64,000 nt of DNA from an uncultured delta proteobacterium (GTDB taxonomy: Bacteria > Desulfobacterota > Desulfobaccia > Desulfobaccales > 0-14-0-80-60-11), in the NCBI GenBank assembly GCA_963812015.1, contig CAWETI010000003.1, positions 1,792,001-1,856,000 of the forward strand, read 5' to 3'. Within the stretch, counting starts at the first letter, position 1; every line of letters starts with the position of its first letter. The position numbers and the translations under genes are program-made. The notes beneath the pieces are model-generated. The model did not search any database, had not been told where the DNA came from, and worked only from the letters and a program-made list of their open reading frames with translations. Below, one piece after another: positions 9,989-20,014 of the stretch.

Positions 9989-11464
9989 ATGGAACTCTAT
10001 AATACCTTAAGCAGGCGCAAAGAAACCTTCAAGCCCCTCACCCCCGGAAAAGTGGGCTTCTATGCCTGCGGGGTCACGGTGTACGATGACTGTCACCTGG
10101 GCCACGCCCGCTCCTGCGTGGCCTTTGAGGTCCTGGTCCGCCATTTGCGGCGGCAGGGTCTTCAGGTCACCTGGGTGCGCAATTTCACCGACATCGACGA
10201 CAAGATCATCCGCCGGGCCCAGGAAATGGGATTATCCTGGAAGGAAGTGGCCGAACGCTACATCGCCTCGTTCCAGGCGGACATGGCCGCCCTGGGGGTG
10301 CCGCCGGCCGAGATCGAGCCCAAGGCCACGGAGCATATCCCCCAGATCCTCAACGTTATCCAGCGCCTGGAGGATCGGGGCTTTGCCTATGCCGGGGGCG
10401 GCGACGTCTTTTTCCGGGTGCGGCGTTTCCCGGGATACGGCCGGCTCTCCGGGCAAATACTGGAAGATATGGAGGCCGGCTCCCGCATCGAGGTTGACCC
10501 CAACAAGGAAGACCCCCTGGACTTCGTCCTGTGGAAGGCCAGCAAACCCGGGGAACCGGCCTGGGACAGCCCCTGGGGACCCGGGCGGCCCGGCTGGCAC
10601 ATCGAGTGCTCCGCCATGAGCATGCACTACCTGGGGGAGACCTTTGACCTGCACGGCGGCGGCCAGGATCTGGTCTTTCCCCATCATGAAAACGAACTGG
10701 CCCAATCGGAGGCGGCCACGGGCCGGCCCTTCGCCCGCTACTGGCTGCACCACGGCCTCCTCACCATCAACCAGGAAAAGATGTCCAAATCCCTGGGAAA
10801 TTTCTTTACGGTGAAGGAGGTCTTGTCCCGCTTTCCCGCCGAGGTGGTGCGCTTCTTCCTGATCAATTGCCACTACCGCAGCCCCCTGGATTTCTCCGAT
10901 GCGGCCCTGGCGGAAGCCGAGACCGCCCTGCTGCGCCTCTATACCTGCCTGGCCCGGATCCAGGACGTGCTCCGGCAGCACCCGGACCTGAAACTCCACC
11001 ACCCCGTCGACACCTATCCCGACAACCTGACCCTGGAGGAATACCACCGGTTCGGCTCCTTGCGGGCCCGGTTCGACGCGGCCATGGATGATGACCTCAA
11101 CACCGCCCAGGCCCTGGGCTACCTGTTCGAAACCGTGCGTCTGCTCAACCGCCTCCTGGAAGCACCCTCCGCCGACCCGGGCTACCTCACCATCCTCCAC
11201 GAGATGCAGGCTGAACTGGTGAACCTGGGCCAGGGGCTGAACCTGCTCCAGAGCGACCCCCAAACCATGGTCACCACCCTGCGGCAAAAGGCCGCGGACC
11301 TGAAGATCACTCCGGAAGAGATCGAACAACTCATCCAGGAACGCACCCAGGCGCGCTTACAAAAAAACTGGAAACGGGCCGACGCCATCCGCCAACAACT
11401 TCTGAACCTGGATATCCTCCTGGAAGATACCCCCCAGGGAACGATCTGGAAGGTGAAGAGCTGA
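9989..11464 (+). CDS. cysS: Cysteine--tRNA ligase
   Basis: YACGVTVYD, HLGH, GRPGWHIECSAM and KMSKS motifs. Confidence 0.98.
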   Translation: MELYNTLSRRKETFKPLTPGKVGFYACGVTVYDDCHLGHARSCVAFEVLVRHLRRQGLQVTWVRNFTDIDDKIIRRAQEMGLSWKEVAERYIASFQADMAALGVPPAEIEPKATEHIPQILNVIQRLEDRGFAYAGGGDVFFRVRRFPGYGRLSGQILEDMEAGSRIEVDPNKEDPLDFVLWKASKPGEPAWDSPWGPGRPGWHIECSAMSMHYLGETFDLHGGGQDLVFPHHENELAQSEAATGRPFARYWLHHGLLTINQEKMSKSLGNFFTVKEVLSRFPAEVVRFFLINCHYRSPLDFSDAALAEAETALLRLYTCLARIQDVLRQHPDLKLHHPVDTYPDNLTLEEYHRFGSLRARFDAAMDDDLNTAQALGYLFETVRLLNRLLEAPSADPGYLTILHEMQAELVNLGQGLNLLQSDPQTMVTTLRQKAADLKITPEEIEQLIQERTQARLQKNWKRADAIRQQLLNLDILLEDTPQGTIWKVKS

Positions 11465-11468
11465 ATTG

Positions 11469-11683
11469 TGGGGGGAGGGCCAGGGCCAACGGCCCTGCCC
11501 TCCCCTCACACCCCCCTCCCAACCCGCATAAGGGGCCGTGGAAAATGGGGGTTACTCCCAACCTCCTGGGGTTACCCGGCCTGGGGCGACCCAACGGGTC
11601 GCCCCTTCTTTTCATACGGGATTGGGGGTGGGGGGTCCGGGGGGAAGGGGAAAGGGCACGCGTCCTTTGCCCCCTCCCCCCGG
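11469..11683. repeat. Composite palindromic intergenic repeat (MITE/REP-like), with a related inverted copy at about 55730-55832
   Basis: CACCCCCCTCCCAACCCGC here is reverse-complementary to GCGGGTTGGGAGGGGGGTG at about 55762; both loci also carry a GGGCGACCC...GGTCGCCC hairpin. Confidence 0.6.
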
Positions 11684-11769
11684 CGCTTGAGCGTCAAGAC
11701 TAAGGCCCCAGGCCTTAGCTCTTGCCTGCAAAAATGTTATCTTCTAGAAAAACCGATATATCTTTTGAT

Positions 11770-13767
11770 ATGCCCGACCAATTTCACTTAGTCACGTCTT
11801 TCACCCCCAGTGGCGACCAGCCCCAGGCCATCCGGAAGCTAACCGCCGGGGTGCGGGGCGGGCATCCCCACCAGGTATTGTTGGGGGTCACCGGCTCCGG
11901 CAAGACCTTTACCATCGCCAACGTCGTCGTCCAGTTAAATCTGCCCACCCTGGTATTGGCCCCCAACAAGACCCTGGCGGCCCAGCTCTACGGCGAGTTT
12001 CAGGAGTTCTTCCCGGACAACGCGGTGGAATATTTCGTAAGTTACTATGATTATTATCAACCGGAGGCCTACGTCCCTCAGGCCGACCTCTACATCGAAA
12101 AGGATTCTTCTATTAACGAGGCCATTGACCGGATGCGCCACTCCGCCACCCGGTCGCTCTTCGACCGCAACGACGTGATCATTGTGGCCTCGGTATCCTG
12201 CATTTACGGTCTGGGCTCCCCGGAGGCCTACCACGGCATGCTCCTCTATCTGGAAGAAGGGATGGAGAAGGACCGCCGGGAGGTTTTAAGCAAGCTAGTG
12301 GAGATCTTGTATGAGCGCAACGACATCGATTTTCATCGAGGCACTTTTCGGGTGCGGGGGGACCGGGTGGAGATCTTCCCGGCCTGCGAAGAAGACCGGG
12401 CCATCCGGGTGGATTTCTGGGGCGACACGGTGGAGGCCATCCGGGAGATCGACCCCCTCCGGGGCAAGACGCTGCGGCACCTCAAGAAGGTGACGGTCTA
12501 CCCCGCTTCCCACTACGTCACCCCGGACTTGGTGCGCCGCCAGGCCATGGCCGCCATCGAGGCGGAGCTGGGGGAGCGGCTGGCCCGGTTCCGGGAGCAG
12601 GGGAAGCTCCTGGAGGCCCAGCGCCTGGAGGAGCGCACCCGTTTCGACCTGGAGATGATGAAGGAATTGGGCTACTGCCACGGCATCGAGAACTATTCCC
12701 GGCACCTCACGGGCCGGGCCCCGGGTGAGCCCCCCCCTACCCTCCTGGACTACCTGCCCCGGGAGTCCCTGGTGGTGGTGGACGAGTCCCACATCACCAT
12801 GCCCCAGCTCCGGGGGATGTTCCGGGGGGATCGCTCCCGGAAGCAGACCCTGGTGGATTACGGCTTTCGCCTGCCATCGGCCCTGGACAACCGCCCCTTG
12901 TGCTTTGAGGAGTTCGAGGCCCGGGTGCGGCAGCTCATCTATGTCTCCGCCACCCCCGGCCCCTATGAAGTGGAGCAGGCCGGCGGCCGGATCGTGGAAC
13001 AGATCGTGCGCCCCACCGGTCTGATGGACCCCAAAATCACGGTCAAGCTCGCGGCCAACCAGGTGGACGATCTCCTTGGGGAGATACGGGCCCGTCTGGC
13101 TAAAGGCGAGCGGGTGCTGGTCACCACCCTGACCAAACGCATGTCCGAAGACCTCACCGAGTACTACCAGGACCTGGGCCTCAAGGTGCGGTATCTCCAC
13201 TCCGACATCACCACGTTGGAGCGCATGGAGATCATCCGGGATTTGCGCCTAGGGGTCTTCGACGTGCTCATCGGCATCAACCTCCTCCGGGAAGGGCTGG
13301 ATCTGCCGGAAGTCTCCCTGGTGGCCATCCTGGATGCGGACAAGGAAGGCTTTCTGCGCTCGGAGCGCTCCCTCATCCAGACCTGCGGCCGGGCCGCCCG
13401 GAACGTGAACGGCCAGGTGCTGTTTTACGCCGACCGGGTGACCTCGTCTATGGCCTGGGCCATAGAAGAGACCAACCGACGGCGGCGCCTCCAGGAGATT
13501 TATAACCAGGAGCACGGCATCACCCCGGAAACCATCCAGAGCAAGATCAAGGACGTCCTGGCCTCGGTGTACGAGGCCGATTATGTCACTGTGCCCCTGG
13601 CGGCGGAAGAGCAGATGCCCTACCTGACCGAAAAGCCGGAGGTGATTATTCGCCGGCTTAAAAAAGACATGCAGGCCGCGGCGAAGAAGCAGGAATTCGA
13701 GCGGGCCGCTACCCTGCGGGACCGTATCCGGGCCCTGGAGGCGGAGAATTTGAAGTACGGGGGGTAA
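11770..13767 (+). CDS. uvrB: Excinuclease ABC subunit B
   Basis: [36 protein letters not shown] and a C-terminal UVR domain; start set to ATG 11770. Confidence 0.98.
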   Translation: MPDQFHLVTSFTPSGDQPQAIRKLTAGVRGGHPHQVLLGVTGSGKTFTIANVVVQLNLPTLVLAPNKTLAAQLYGEFQEFFPDNAVEYFVSYYDYYQPEAYVPQADLYIEKDSSINEAIDRMRHSATRSLFDRNDVIIVASVSCIYGLGSPEAYHGMLLYLEEGMEKDRREVLSKLVEILYERNDIDFHRGTFRVRGDRVEIFPACEEDRAIRVDFWGDTVEAIREIDPLRGKTLRHLKKVTVYPASHYVTPDLVRRQAMAAIEAELGERLARFREQGKLLEAQRLEERTRFDLEMMKELGYCHGIENYSRHLTGRAPGEPPPTLLDYLPRESLVVVDESHITMPQLRGMFRGDRSRKQTLVDYGFRLPSALDNRPLCFEEFEARVRQLIYVSATPGPYEVEQAGGRIVEQIVRPTGLMDPKITVKLAANQVDDLLGEIRARLAKGERVLVTTLTKRMSEDLTEYYQDLGLKVRYLHSDITTLERMEIIRDLRLGVFDVLIGINLLREGLDLPEVSLVAILDADKEGFLRSERSLIQTCGRAARNVNGQVLFYADRVTSSMAWAIEETNRRRRLQEIYNQEHGITPETIQSKIKDVLASVYEADYVTVPLAAEEQMPYLTEKPEVIIRRLKKDMQAAAKKQEFERAATLRDRIRALEAENLKYGG

Positions 13768-13899
13768 GGCTTTTGTGGGAGGGGGCCAAGAGCTTTTTCG
13801 TAAGGTTTTTCTCAAATGAAATAATTCAGGGGTTGAAAGTGCGGAGGCGGGGGGCCAGAATGAACATAAAGGCGGGCGGGCAGGTGCGGCTAATTCACT

Positions 13900-14982
13900 T
13901 CAGGCTTCCATCCCCTTGAACCCGTCCAATCCCCCGGTTTTCTTTAGCCGCAGGAACTCCTCCAGGAGTCGCTTCTGCGCCTCGGAGAGCTGGGAAGGGG
14001 TTTGGAGGTCCACAACCACCACCAGGTCTCCCGGGGCTTTGCCCCGCAGGCCGGGTAAGCCGAGGCCGGGAATACGGAAGGTGGCCCCGGGTTGGGTGCC
14101 GGGAGAAATGGCCAGGCGGGTTGGGGCCGTCAGGGTGGGAACCTCCACTTCCGTTCCCAGGGCGGCCTCCACGAAAGAAAGTGGCGTGCGGAGATAGAGA
14201 TCCTTGCCCTTGCGGGTAAAGATGGGATGGGGGGCGACCTGAATTTCCAGGTAGAGGTCTCCCGGCGGCGCGCCGTGGGTCCCCGCTTCCCCTTCTCCCC
14301 GGAGGCGCAGGCGGGTGCCCGTATCCACCCCTGGCGGGATGCGCACCTGCATATGCTTCTTTTCCCTGATCACCGTCGTGCCCTGGCAGGCGGAGCAGGG
14401 GGAGGTGATGATGGTCCCGGCCCCCTGACATTCCGGGCAGGTGTTGAACATCTTCAGGAGCCCTTTGGACTGGCTCACCTGGCCCTTACCCTGGCAGCAG
14501 GCGCAAATCTGCCGCTCGCTGCCGGGTTCAGCACCGGTGGCGCCGCACCGGGGGCAACCGACGCGATGGATCACGTTCAGACTGGTATCCAGACCCCGGA
14601 CGACATCTTCCAGGGTCACCACCACCCGCTGCCGCAGATCGGCGCCGGGTTGGGGCTGATCCTGACGCTCCCGGGAGCGCCCGAAGCTAAAAAAATCTTC
14701 GAAGACCTCCCCGAAGGAGCCGAAGATTTCCTCGAAGCCGTTGAAGCCGCCCAAGTCCAGGCCCGCCAGCCCGGCATCGCCATACAGATCGTAAAGCTGG
14801 CGCTTTTCTAAGTCCGCCAGGATCTGGTAAGCTTCCGAAACCCGCTTGAATTGGTCTTCCGCCACCTGGTCCCCGGGGTTCTTGTCCGGGTGATATCTCA
14901 GGGCCAACCTCCGGTAGGCGGTCTTGATCTCATCCAGACTCGCCTCACGCGAGACCTCCAGGATCTCATAATAATTCATCAT
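13900..14982 (-). CDS. dnaJ: Molecular chaperone DnaJ (type I)
   Basis: J-domain with HPD, G/F-rich region, four CxxCxGxG-type repeats and a C-terminal domain. Confidence 0.93.
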   Translation of the reverse strand: MMNYYEILEVSREASLDEIKTAYRRLALRYHPDKNPGDQVAEDQFKRVSEAYQILADLEKRQLYDLYGDAGLAGLDLGGFNGFEEIFGSFGEVFEDFFSFGRSRERQDQPQPGADLRQRVVVTLEDVVRGLDTSLNVIHRVGCPRCGATGAEPGSERQICACCQGKGQVSQSKGLLKMFNTCPECQGAGTIITSPCSACQGTTVIREKKHMQVRIPPGVDTGTRLRLRGEGEAGTHGAPPGDLYLEIQVAPHPIFTRKGKDLYLRTPLSFVEAALGTEVEVPTLTAPTRLAISPGTQPGATFRIPGLGLPGLRGKAPGDLVVVVDLQTPSQLSEAQKRLLEEFLRLKKTGGLDGFKGMEA

Positions 14983-15111
14983 CCTGAAACAACCACAGGC
15001 CCTTTAGGATTGGAAACGGCGGCTCACCTTTACATTTAAAAATAATTCTGATCATCCGGGGGGGCGTTGTCAAGGATGATCCGGGGTTATGGCGGTGGTA
15101 TCGAGCGGATA

Positions 15112-15441
15112 TTAAGAGGCCGGGACCAGCCGGCGGAGGCGCTCCGCCAGGTCAGGTGACCGGTCGTGAACGGCCACCACCTTGGCCCGGCTCTGGGCGC
15201 CCAGGGTGAGGGTGAGGGAACTTTTGGGGAGGTCCAGGGCCCGGGCCAGGAAGGCGATGAGTTCCCGGTTGGCCGCGCCTTTTTCCGGAGGGGCCGCCAG
15301 GCGCAGCTTCAGACGGTCGCCGTACAGGCCCACCACCTGGGTGCGCTGGGCCCCGGGCACCACCGTCAGGCGCAGGATATAACCCTGACCGGTGGGGAAA
15401 AAAAAACTGGACATGGGAGGGGAGAGCCCGATTTCAGCCAA
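15112..15441 (-). CDS. yggU: DUF167/YggU family protein (alternative start ATG 15414)
   Basis: VVPGAQRTQVVG...LAAPPEKGAANRELIAFLA...GAQSRAK; follows yggT. Confidence 0.88.
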   Translation of the reverse strand: MAEIGLSPPMSSFFFPTGQGYILRLTVVPGAQRTQVVGLYGDRLKLRLAAPPEKGAANRELIAFLARALDLPKSSLTLTLGAQSRAKVVAVHDRSPDLAERLRRLVPAS

Positions 15442-15733
15442 ACAGCTGAGCCAGGTCCCAAAGGGTGGAGACCAGGAAGCGCTGCAGGAAAACGATGGCC
15501 AGCAGCACCAGCAGGGGGGAGAGGTCCAGGCCGCCGAAGATCAGGGGCACCCGGCGCCGGACCCACCCCAGGACCGGTTCGGTGACGTTATACAAAAACC
15601 GGACAATGGGATTATACGGGTCGGGATTGACCCAGGACAGGAGGGCCCGGGCGATGATCACCCACATGTAGATGGACAGGGCCGTATTCAGGATGGAGGC
15701 CAGAGCTTCGATCAAGTGTCTCAAGGCAAACAT
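15434..15733 (-). CDS. yggT: YggT family membrane protein
   Basis: IIARALLSWVNPDPYNPIVRFLYNVTEP...GGLDLSP; start set to ATG 15733. Confidence 0.93.
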   Translation of the reverse strand: MFALRHLIEALASILNTALSIYMWVIIARALLSWVNPDPYNPIVRFLYNVTEPVLGWVRRRVPLIFGGLDLSPLLVLLAIVFLQRFLVSTLWDLAQLFG

Positions 15734-16036
15734 TCTCCACGTCTCCATGGTCTCAGTATTTGCTCTATGTATAGGCCCGGTGCCCGGCACTTGTCAAGCC
15801 CCTAACCCAACACCCCTCCGGGGGCTGGAGCGGCCGTAGCTTGCATCCCCAAGGCCCCAGGCCCCTTGGGCGCACCGGCCCCAGCCGTTGCATAAGTCCC
15901 GGTCTTTCTTTACACTGCTCAGTAGGGCTTGTCGACTTTTGCGCTTGGACGCAGGTTCGGGAGGAGGACATAGTATCGCGATGCATCAATTCCGAGATAT
16001 GCATCGGGCCATAAGATAATTTTTGGGTGTGTTCAG

Positions 16037-16120
16037 TCCCCTCTCCAAAAGGGGGATTTGGGGGGATCATGAAGCGATTACTTAATCCCCCCTTGCCCCC
16101 CTTGGGAAAAAGGGGGCTTA
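16037..16120. repeat. CCCCCTT..AAAAGGGGG palindromic intergenic repeat family, copy 1
   Basis: Related units (AATCCCCCC...CCCCTT.GAAAAGGGGG and GGGGGATT) recur at 21674-21760. Confidence 0.6.
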
Positions 16121-16278
16121 AAAATACGGTTTTTAACGATCATATCGATTATGAAGCGCCAGACTATATTGAACCGCAATAGGCCGGCGGGGTCGAACCC
16201 CGGCCGCACTCTCGCCACCCTTGCGCAAGGGCCCCCGCCGCACCCACGCCCCTCGGCCAACCGGGGCGGGGAGGCGAC

Positions 16279-17562
16279 ATGAGTCCGGAGCGCTCTTCCA
16301 CCTTTGCGGCCCTGCGGCACCGCAATTTCCGGCTGTTCTACTCCGGTCAGATGATCTCCCTCACCGGCTCCTGGATGCAGTCCGTGGCTTTTAGCTGGCT
16401 GGTCCTGGTGCTCACCAACTCCGCCTTCTACCTGGGCCTGGTGGGGGCCCTCCAGACCCTACCCGTGCTCCTGTTTTCCTTTCTGGGCGGGGTGGTGGCC
16501 GATCACACCTCCAAGCTCAAGCTCCTGTTCGTTACCCAGGCCGTCCTCATGCTCCTGGCCCTGGTCTTGGGGGTGCTGGTGGAGGTCAAGGTGGTCCAGA
16601 TCTGGATGCTCTGCGTCCTGGTCTTTCTGTCGGGCACGGCCATGGCCTTTGACATCCCGGTGCGCCAGGCCTTTATCGTGGACCTGGTGGGCAAACCCGA
16701 TCTGCCCAACGCCATCGCGCTCAACTCCACCCTGTTCAACGCCACCCGGGTGGCGGGCCCCGCAGTGGGCGGCGTAGTCATCGCCGCGGTGGGCATGGCC
16801 AACTGCTTTTTCCTGAACGCCGCCAGCTTCCTGGCGGTGCTCCTGGCCCTGGTGCTCCTCAAAGTGCCCCGGGCCCCGAGAACGCCCTGGAAGCCGTTTC
16901 TCAAAGCCTGGAAGGAACTCCTGGATTATCTGCTGGAGCGCCGGGAATTGAAGCTGATCCTGCTGCTCATGACCACGGTGGCGGTCCTCGCCATGCCGTA
17001 CTTTGTGCTGCTGCCCATCCTGGCCCGGGACACCTTGGGGGTGGGTCCTCGGGGCTTCGGGCTCCTCATGGCCATGAGCGGCCTGGGGGCCTTTGCCGGG
17101 GGCCTCACCCTGGCCTGGCGCCTGCAACGCCGCCCGCCCATGCCCTCTTTTCTGGCGGGTCAGGGCCTGTTTCTCCTGGGGCTCATGGGCCTGGGACTCT
17201 GCCGCAACTACTACGCCGCTTTGGGATGCATCGCCCTGTCCGGGTTCGGCATGGTGACCCAGCTCTCCACCGGCAACAGCCTGCTGCAACTCAACGTGCC
17301 GGACGAGTTGCGGGGCCGCCTCATGAGCCTGTTCGGCCTCATCGTCATGGGCTTCGCCCCCCTGGGCAGTATGTTGTACGGCGGCGCGGCCCACTTTGTG
17401 GGCGCGGGTCCCGCCATCGCCGGGGGCGCCCTCTGCGCGGCGGTGGTGGCCGGGGGCGTGCTCTGGCGACACCCGGAACTGCGCCACTTCGGCTTCACCG
17501 AAACACCGCCGCCGGCCTCCGAATCCATCCCTCCTCCTGCCGTCACCCCATGGCGCGGCTAA
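16279..17562 (+). CDS. MFS transporter (MFS_3/DHA3-like)
   Basis: FAALRHRNFRLFYSGQMISLTGSWMQ N-terminus, about 12 hydrophobic segments, VPDELRGRLMS. Confidence 0.92.
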   Translation: MSPERSSTFAALRHRNFRLFYSGQMISLTGSWMQSVAFSWLVLVLTNSAFYLGLVGALQTLPVLLFSFLGGVVADHTSKLKLLFVTQAVLMLLALVLGVLVEVKVVQIWMLCVLVFLSGTAMAFDIPVRQAFIVDLVGKPDLPNAIALNSTLFNATRVAGPAVGGVVIAAVGMANCFFLNAASFLAVLLALVLLKVPRAPRTPWKPFLKAWKELLDYLLERRELKLILLLMTTVAVLAMPYFVLLPILARDTLGVGPRGFGLLMAMSGLGAFAGGLTLAWRLQRRPPMPSFLAGQGLFLLGLMGLGLCRNYYAALGCIALSGFGMVTQLSTGNSLLQLNVPDELRGRLMSLFGLIVMGFAPLGSMLYGGAAHFVGAGPAIAGGALCAAVVAGGVLWRHPELRHFGFTETPPPASESIPPPAVTPWRG

Positions 17563-17823
17563 TTCTTCCTTTTTTAGCAACTATTCCACCTGCCCAGCAC
17601 CGCACCAGGGGCCCGCTTCTCTCTGCACCGTCCCGGGTTCCCTGCCTGCCCTCTCCCTGGGGGCCGGAATATGATATGATTAATTTAGATTCGGCCAGAG
17701 AGGAAGGTTGCGGGGAAAGATGACCATTACCCCCAGTCCAGCCCCGGAAGGTCCTGGCCGGTCCGGAGAAAAAATCACCTCGGCTCCGGCCCCGCTGAGT
17801 TGAGCCGCGATTTTAGGAGAATT

Positions 17824-18645
17824 ATGCAGCCCCGCAAGTTTCTTGCCAACCAGGCAATAGCGTTCAGAAAACCCGGCCTTCAAGCCATCTGCCTGATTAT
17901 CCTGTTACTCTGGGCCACCCTCCCGGCCCTGGCCCAGCAGGACCGTAACCCGGAGCAGGACGCAATAGTGGCCCCCGAGGCGGTGGCCCTGTTTCGCAAA
18001 GGCGAGAGACTGGCCGATAATGGGCAATTCACCGAGGCCATCACTGCTTTCCGTGAGGCCATCCGAGTCCAGCCGGATTTTGTCGAGGCTTTTCAGCAGG
18101 TGGGCTTGGCTTATGCAGGCTTGAAAAAGTATCCCGAGGCCGTCAAGGCCTTCAAGGAAGCCGTCCGCCTCGAGCCCCAGTGGGGCCAGGTCTACGAGAA
18201 TCTCGGGGTCGCCTACATCAAAATGGGGCGCTGGCGGGAGGCTCAAGACGCCTTGGTTGAGGGAGTAAAACTCAGCCCCACCGACGCTGAAGCCCACTAT
18301 AACTTGGGGCTGGTCACCGGCAAGCTCGGGCGGGACCAGGAAGCCAGAGCCCAGTTTCTCGAAGCCATCCGCCTGGAACCAAAACTGGCCAAGGCCCATA
18401 AGAATCTGGGGTTGGCCTACCTCAATCTGGGACGCCTGGACGAGGCCCATCAATCCTTGCGGGAGGCGTCGCGGCTGCAGCCTGATGATGCCCAGACCCA
18501 TTACGCCCTATGCGTCTATTATCTCAGGAAGGGGGACACCCAGGCCGCCAACCGGGAATTCCAGGCCGTGAAGGGTTTGGACCCGAACCTGGCCGAAAAG
18601 CTCTCTGGCCTGATGCGCCCCGAAGCCCCCGGGAAGAAACCTTAG
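17824..18645 (+). CDS. Exported tetratricopeptide-repeat protein
   Basis: AGGAGA RBS, signal peptide ending ALA-QQ, and tandem 34-aa TPRs (AHYNLG, AHKNLG). Confidence 0.9.
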   Translation: MQPRKFLANQAIAFRKPGLQAICLIILLLWATLPALAQQDRNPEQDAIVAPEAVALFRKGERLADNGQFTEAITAFREAIRVQPDFVEAFQQVGLAYAGLKKYPEAVKAFKEAVRLEPQWGQVYENLGVAYIKMGRWREAQDALVEGVKLSPTDAEAHYNLGLVTGKLGRDQEARAQFLEAIRLEPKLAKAHKNLGLAYLNLGRLDEAHQSLREASRLQPDDAQTHYALCVYYLRKGDTQAANREFQAVKGLDPNLAEKLSGLMRPEAPGKKP

Positions 18646-18698
18646 GTTCGGCTACCGGGCCTCCCGGCCTTGTCAAGGTCATTAAAGAACGCAACCTT

Positions 18699-19775
18699 AT
18701 GATTCCTCCCACCCTAATTGAGGAAGTACGCTGGAACTGCGATATTGCCAGCGCCGGGCAGGCCGGACATTTCTCCCTGTGCGGCCTGTTGATGCGCCTG
18801 CGTCAGCTCTACAAGTGGGAGCACCAGCTCCCCCCCTGGCGGGAGCCTGAAGTGCAGGCCGCCCTGGAGTGGATTGCCCGTCGGGAAGGCGCCTGGGATG
18901 ACCTGGAAGAGGCTTCCTGGCGGGTCCTGGCCTGGGGCGAAGCCGCCATCGATCCCTTTGCCGTGGAGACCCTCAACCGCCGCCTCATCCCCCAGAAACT
19001 GGCCTACGGCGCGGGCCTCAGCCGGGGCCTGACCCCCACCTTTTTCCTGGGGGAACTCCTGGAAGAACGCCACGAGGGACCCCTGACCATCCTGATCCTG
19101 GGGCCGGAACTGGCCCGGGACCTGGACGCCTCCCCGGGCCTGTGCCAGGGGACGTTGATCTATGCCCGGCATCAGGCCCTGGCCTTTTACCTGTGGGACC
19201 GTCTGGCCGACCCCACCCAGCAGGGCAATGCCTACCTGCAAGTCGCCTTGAAAGCTTACGGCCTACCCCTCACGGACGTGCTGCGGAATCCCGAAGCCTA
19301 CCAGGAGCAGTTCAATGCCTTCCTGGCCGGAGAGTTGGAAGCGGTCATCCGGCACGAAATCGGTGAAGCCCTGGAGCCCAGTTTGACAGAGGCCTTTCCT
19401 GCGGTGCTGGAACGCTTCCCCCAGACTCGGGTGGAGCTCTGGGTGCGGACCCTCAAAGACGCCCTGGCTGATGTCAACGACTTGGGCCGCCTGGCCTATC
19501 TCATCCGGGAGCGCCATCTGCCGTCCCTGGCGGTGATGCTGGCCTGGAGCCCGGGGCTCATGCCGGCCCTGCTGCCGGAACTGGAGCCGGCCTTTAAGGA
19601 TCTGCTGGCCACCGGCGACTGGACGGTCATGGACGCGGCCCGTCGGCAGGCCCTGGAGCGCCTGCGAACCACGGCCGCCGGCCTCAACGCCCTCCTGGAG
19701 TCCGCCGAAGCCGACTCCGGCGCCTGGCTCCAGGCCGAAATCCAGCGCCGCTGCCTGGCCCCCCTGGGACTGTAA
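18699..19775 (+). CDS. Conserved hypothetical protein (resembles Sfum_1244/DUF6866 family)
   Basis: VRWNCDIASA...SLCGLLMRLRQLYKWEH..PPW N-terminus recalled from this family; HEIGE motif; start set to ATG 18699. Confidence 0.6.
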   Translation: MIPPTLIEEVRWNCDIASAGQAGHFSLCGLLMRLRQLYKWEHQLPPWREPEVQAALEWIARREGAWDDLEEASWRVLAWGEAAIDPFAVETLNRRLIPQKLAYGAGLSRGLTPTFFLGELLEERHEGPLTILILGPELARDLDASPGLCQGTLIYARHQALAFYLWDRLADPTQQGNAYLQVALKAYGLPLTDVLRNPEAYQEQFNAFLAGELEAVIRHEIGEALEPSLTEAFPAVLERFPQTRVELWVRTLKDALADVNDLGRLAYLIRERHLPSLAVMLAWSPGLMPALLPELEPAFKDLLATGDWTVMDAARRQALERLRTTAAGLNALLESAEADSGAWLQAEIQRRCLAPLGL

Positions 19776-19822
19776 AGCCCATGCAAGAGCACCTTGCGGG
19801 GAGGCCCGGGGGGACGTTTTTT

Positions 19823-19852
19823 TAATTTTTGTAATTTTTGTAATTTTTGTAA
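19823..19852 (+). repeat. 9-bp tandem repeat (TAATTTTTG)x3 plus TAA, upstream of the guaA promoter
   Basis: Read directly from the sequence. Confidence 0.85.
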
Positions 19853-19901
19853 GGGGTCACCTGCCCTTCCCTCAAACTTCCCTCTCGCCTCCACAGACCT
19901 T

Positions 19902-19930
19902 TTGCTTTTTAGGTTGCGGCCAGCTATAAT
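19902..19930 (+). promoter_or_regulatory. Putative sigma70 promoter of guaA
   Basis: TTGCTT-N17-TATAAT. Confidence 0.6.
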
Positions 19931-20014
19931 TGATTGAAAAAAATTAAGGGGTTGAGGGAGTACGACCGGTGAGGCCGCGTCGCTTATCCCCCACAGTCCC
20001 GCCGCCCTAAGACG

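Noticed and set aside
11735..11756. Palindrome-like GTTATCTTCTAGAAAAAC upstream of uvrB as a LexA box
   Set aside because: It does not fit a LexA consensus I can state with confidence and has no second copy in the window.
15398..15406. A9 tract at the 5' end of yggU as a phase-variation site
   Set aside because: The gene is in frame (Phe codons) and is a housekeeping-type gene.
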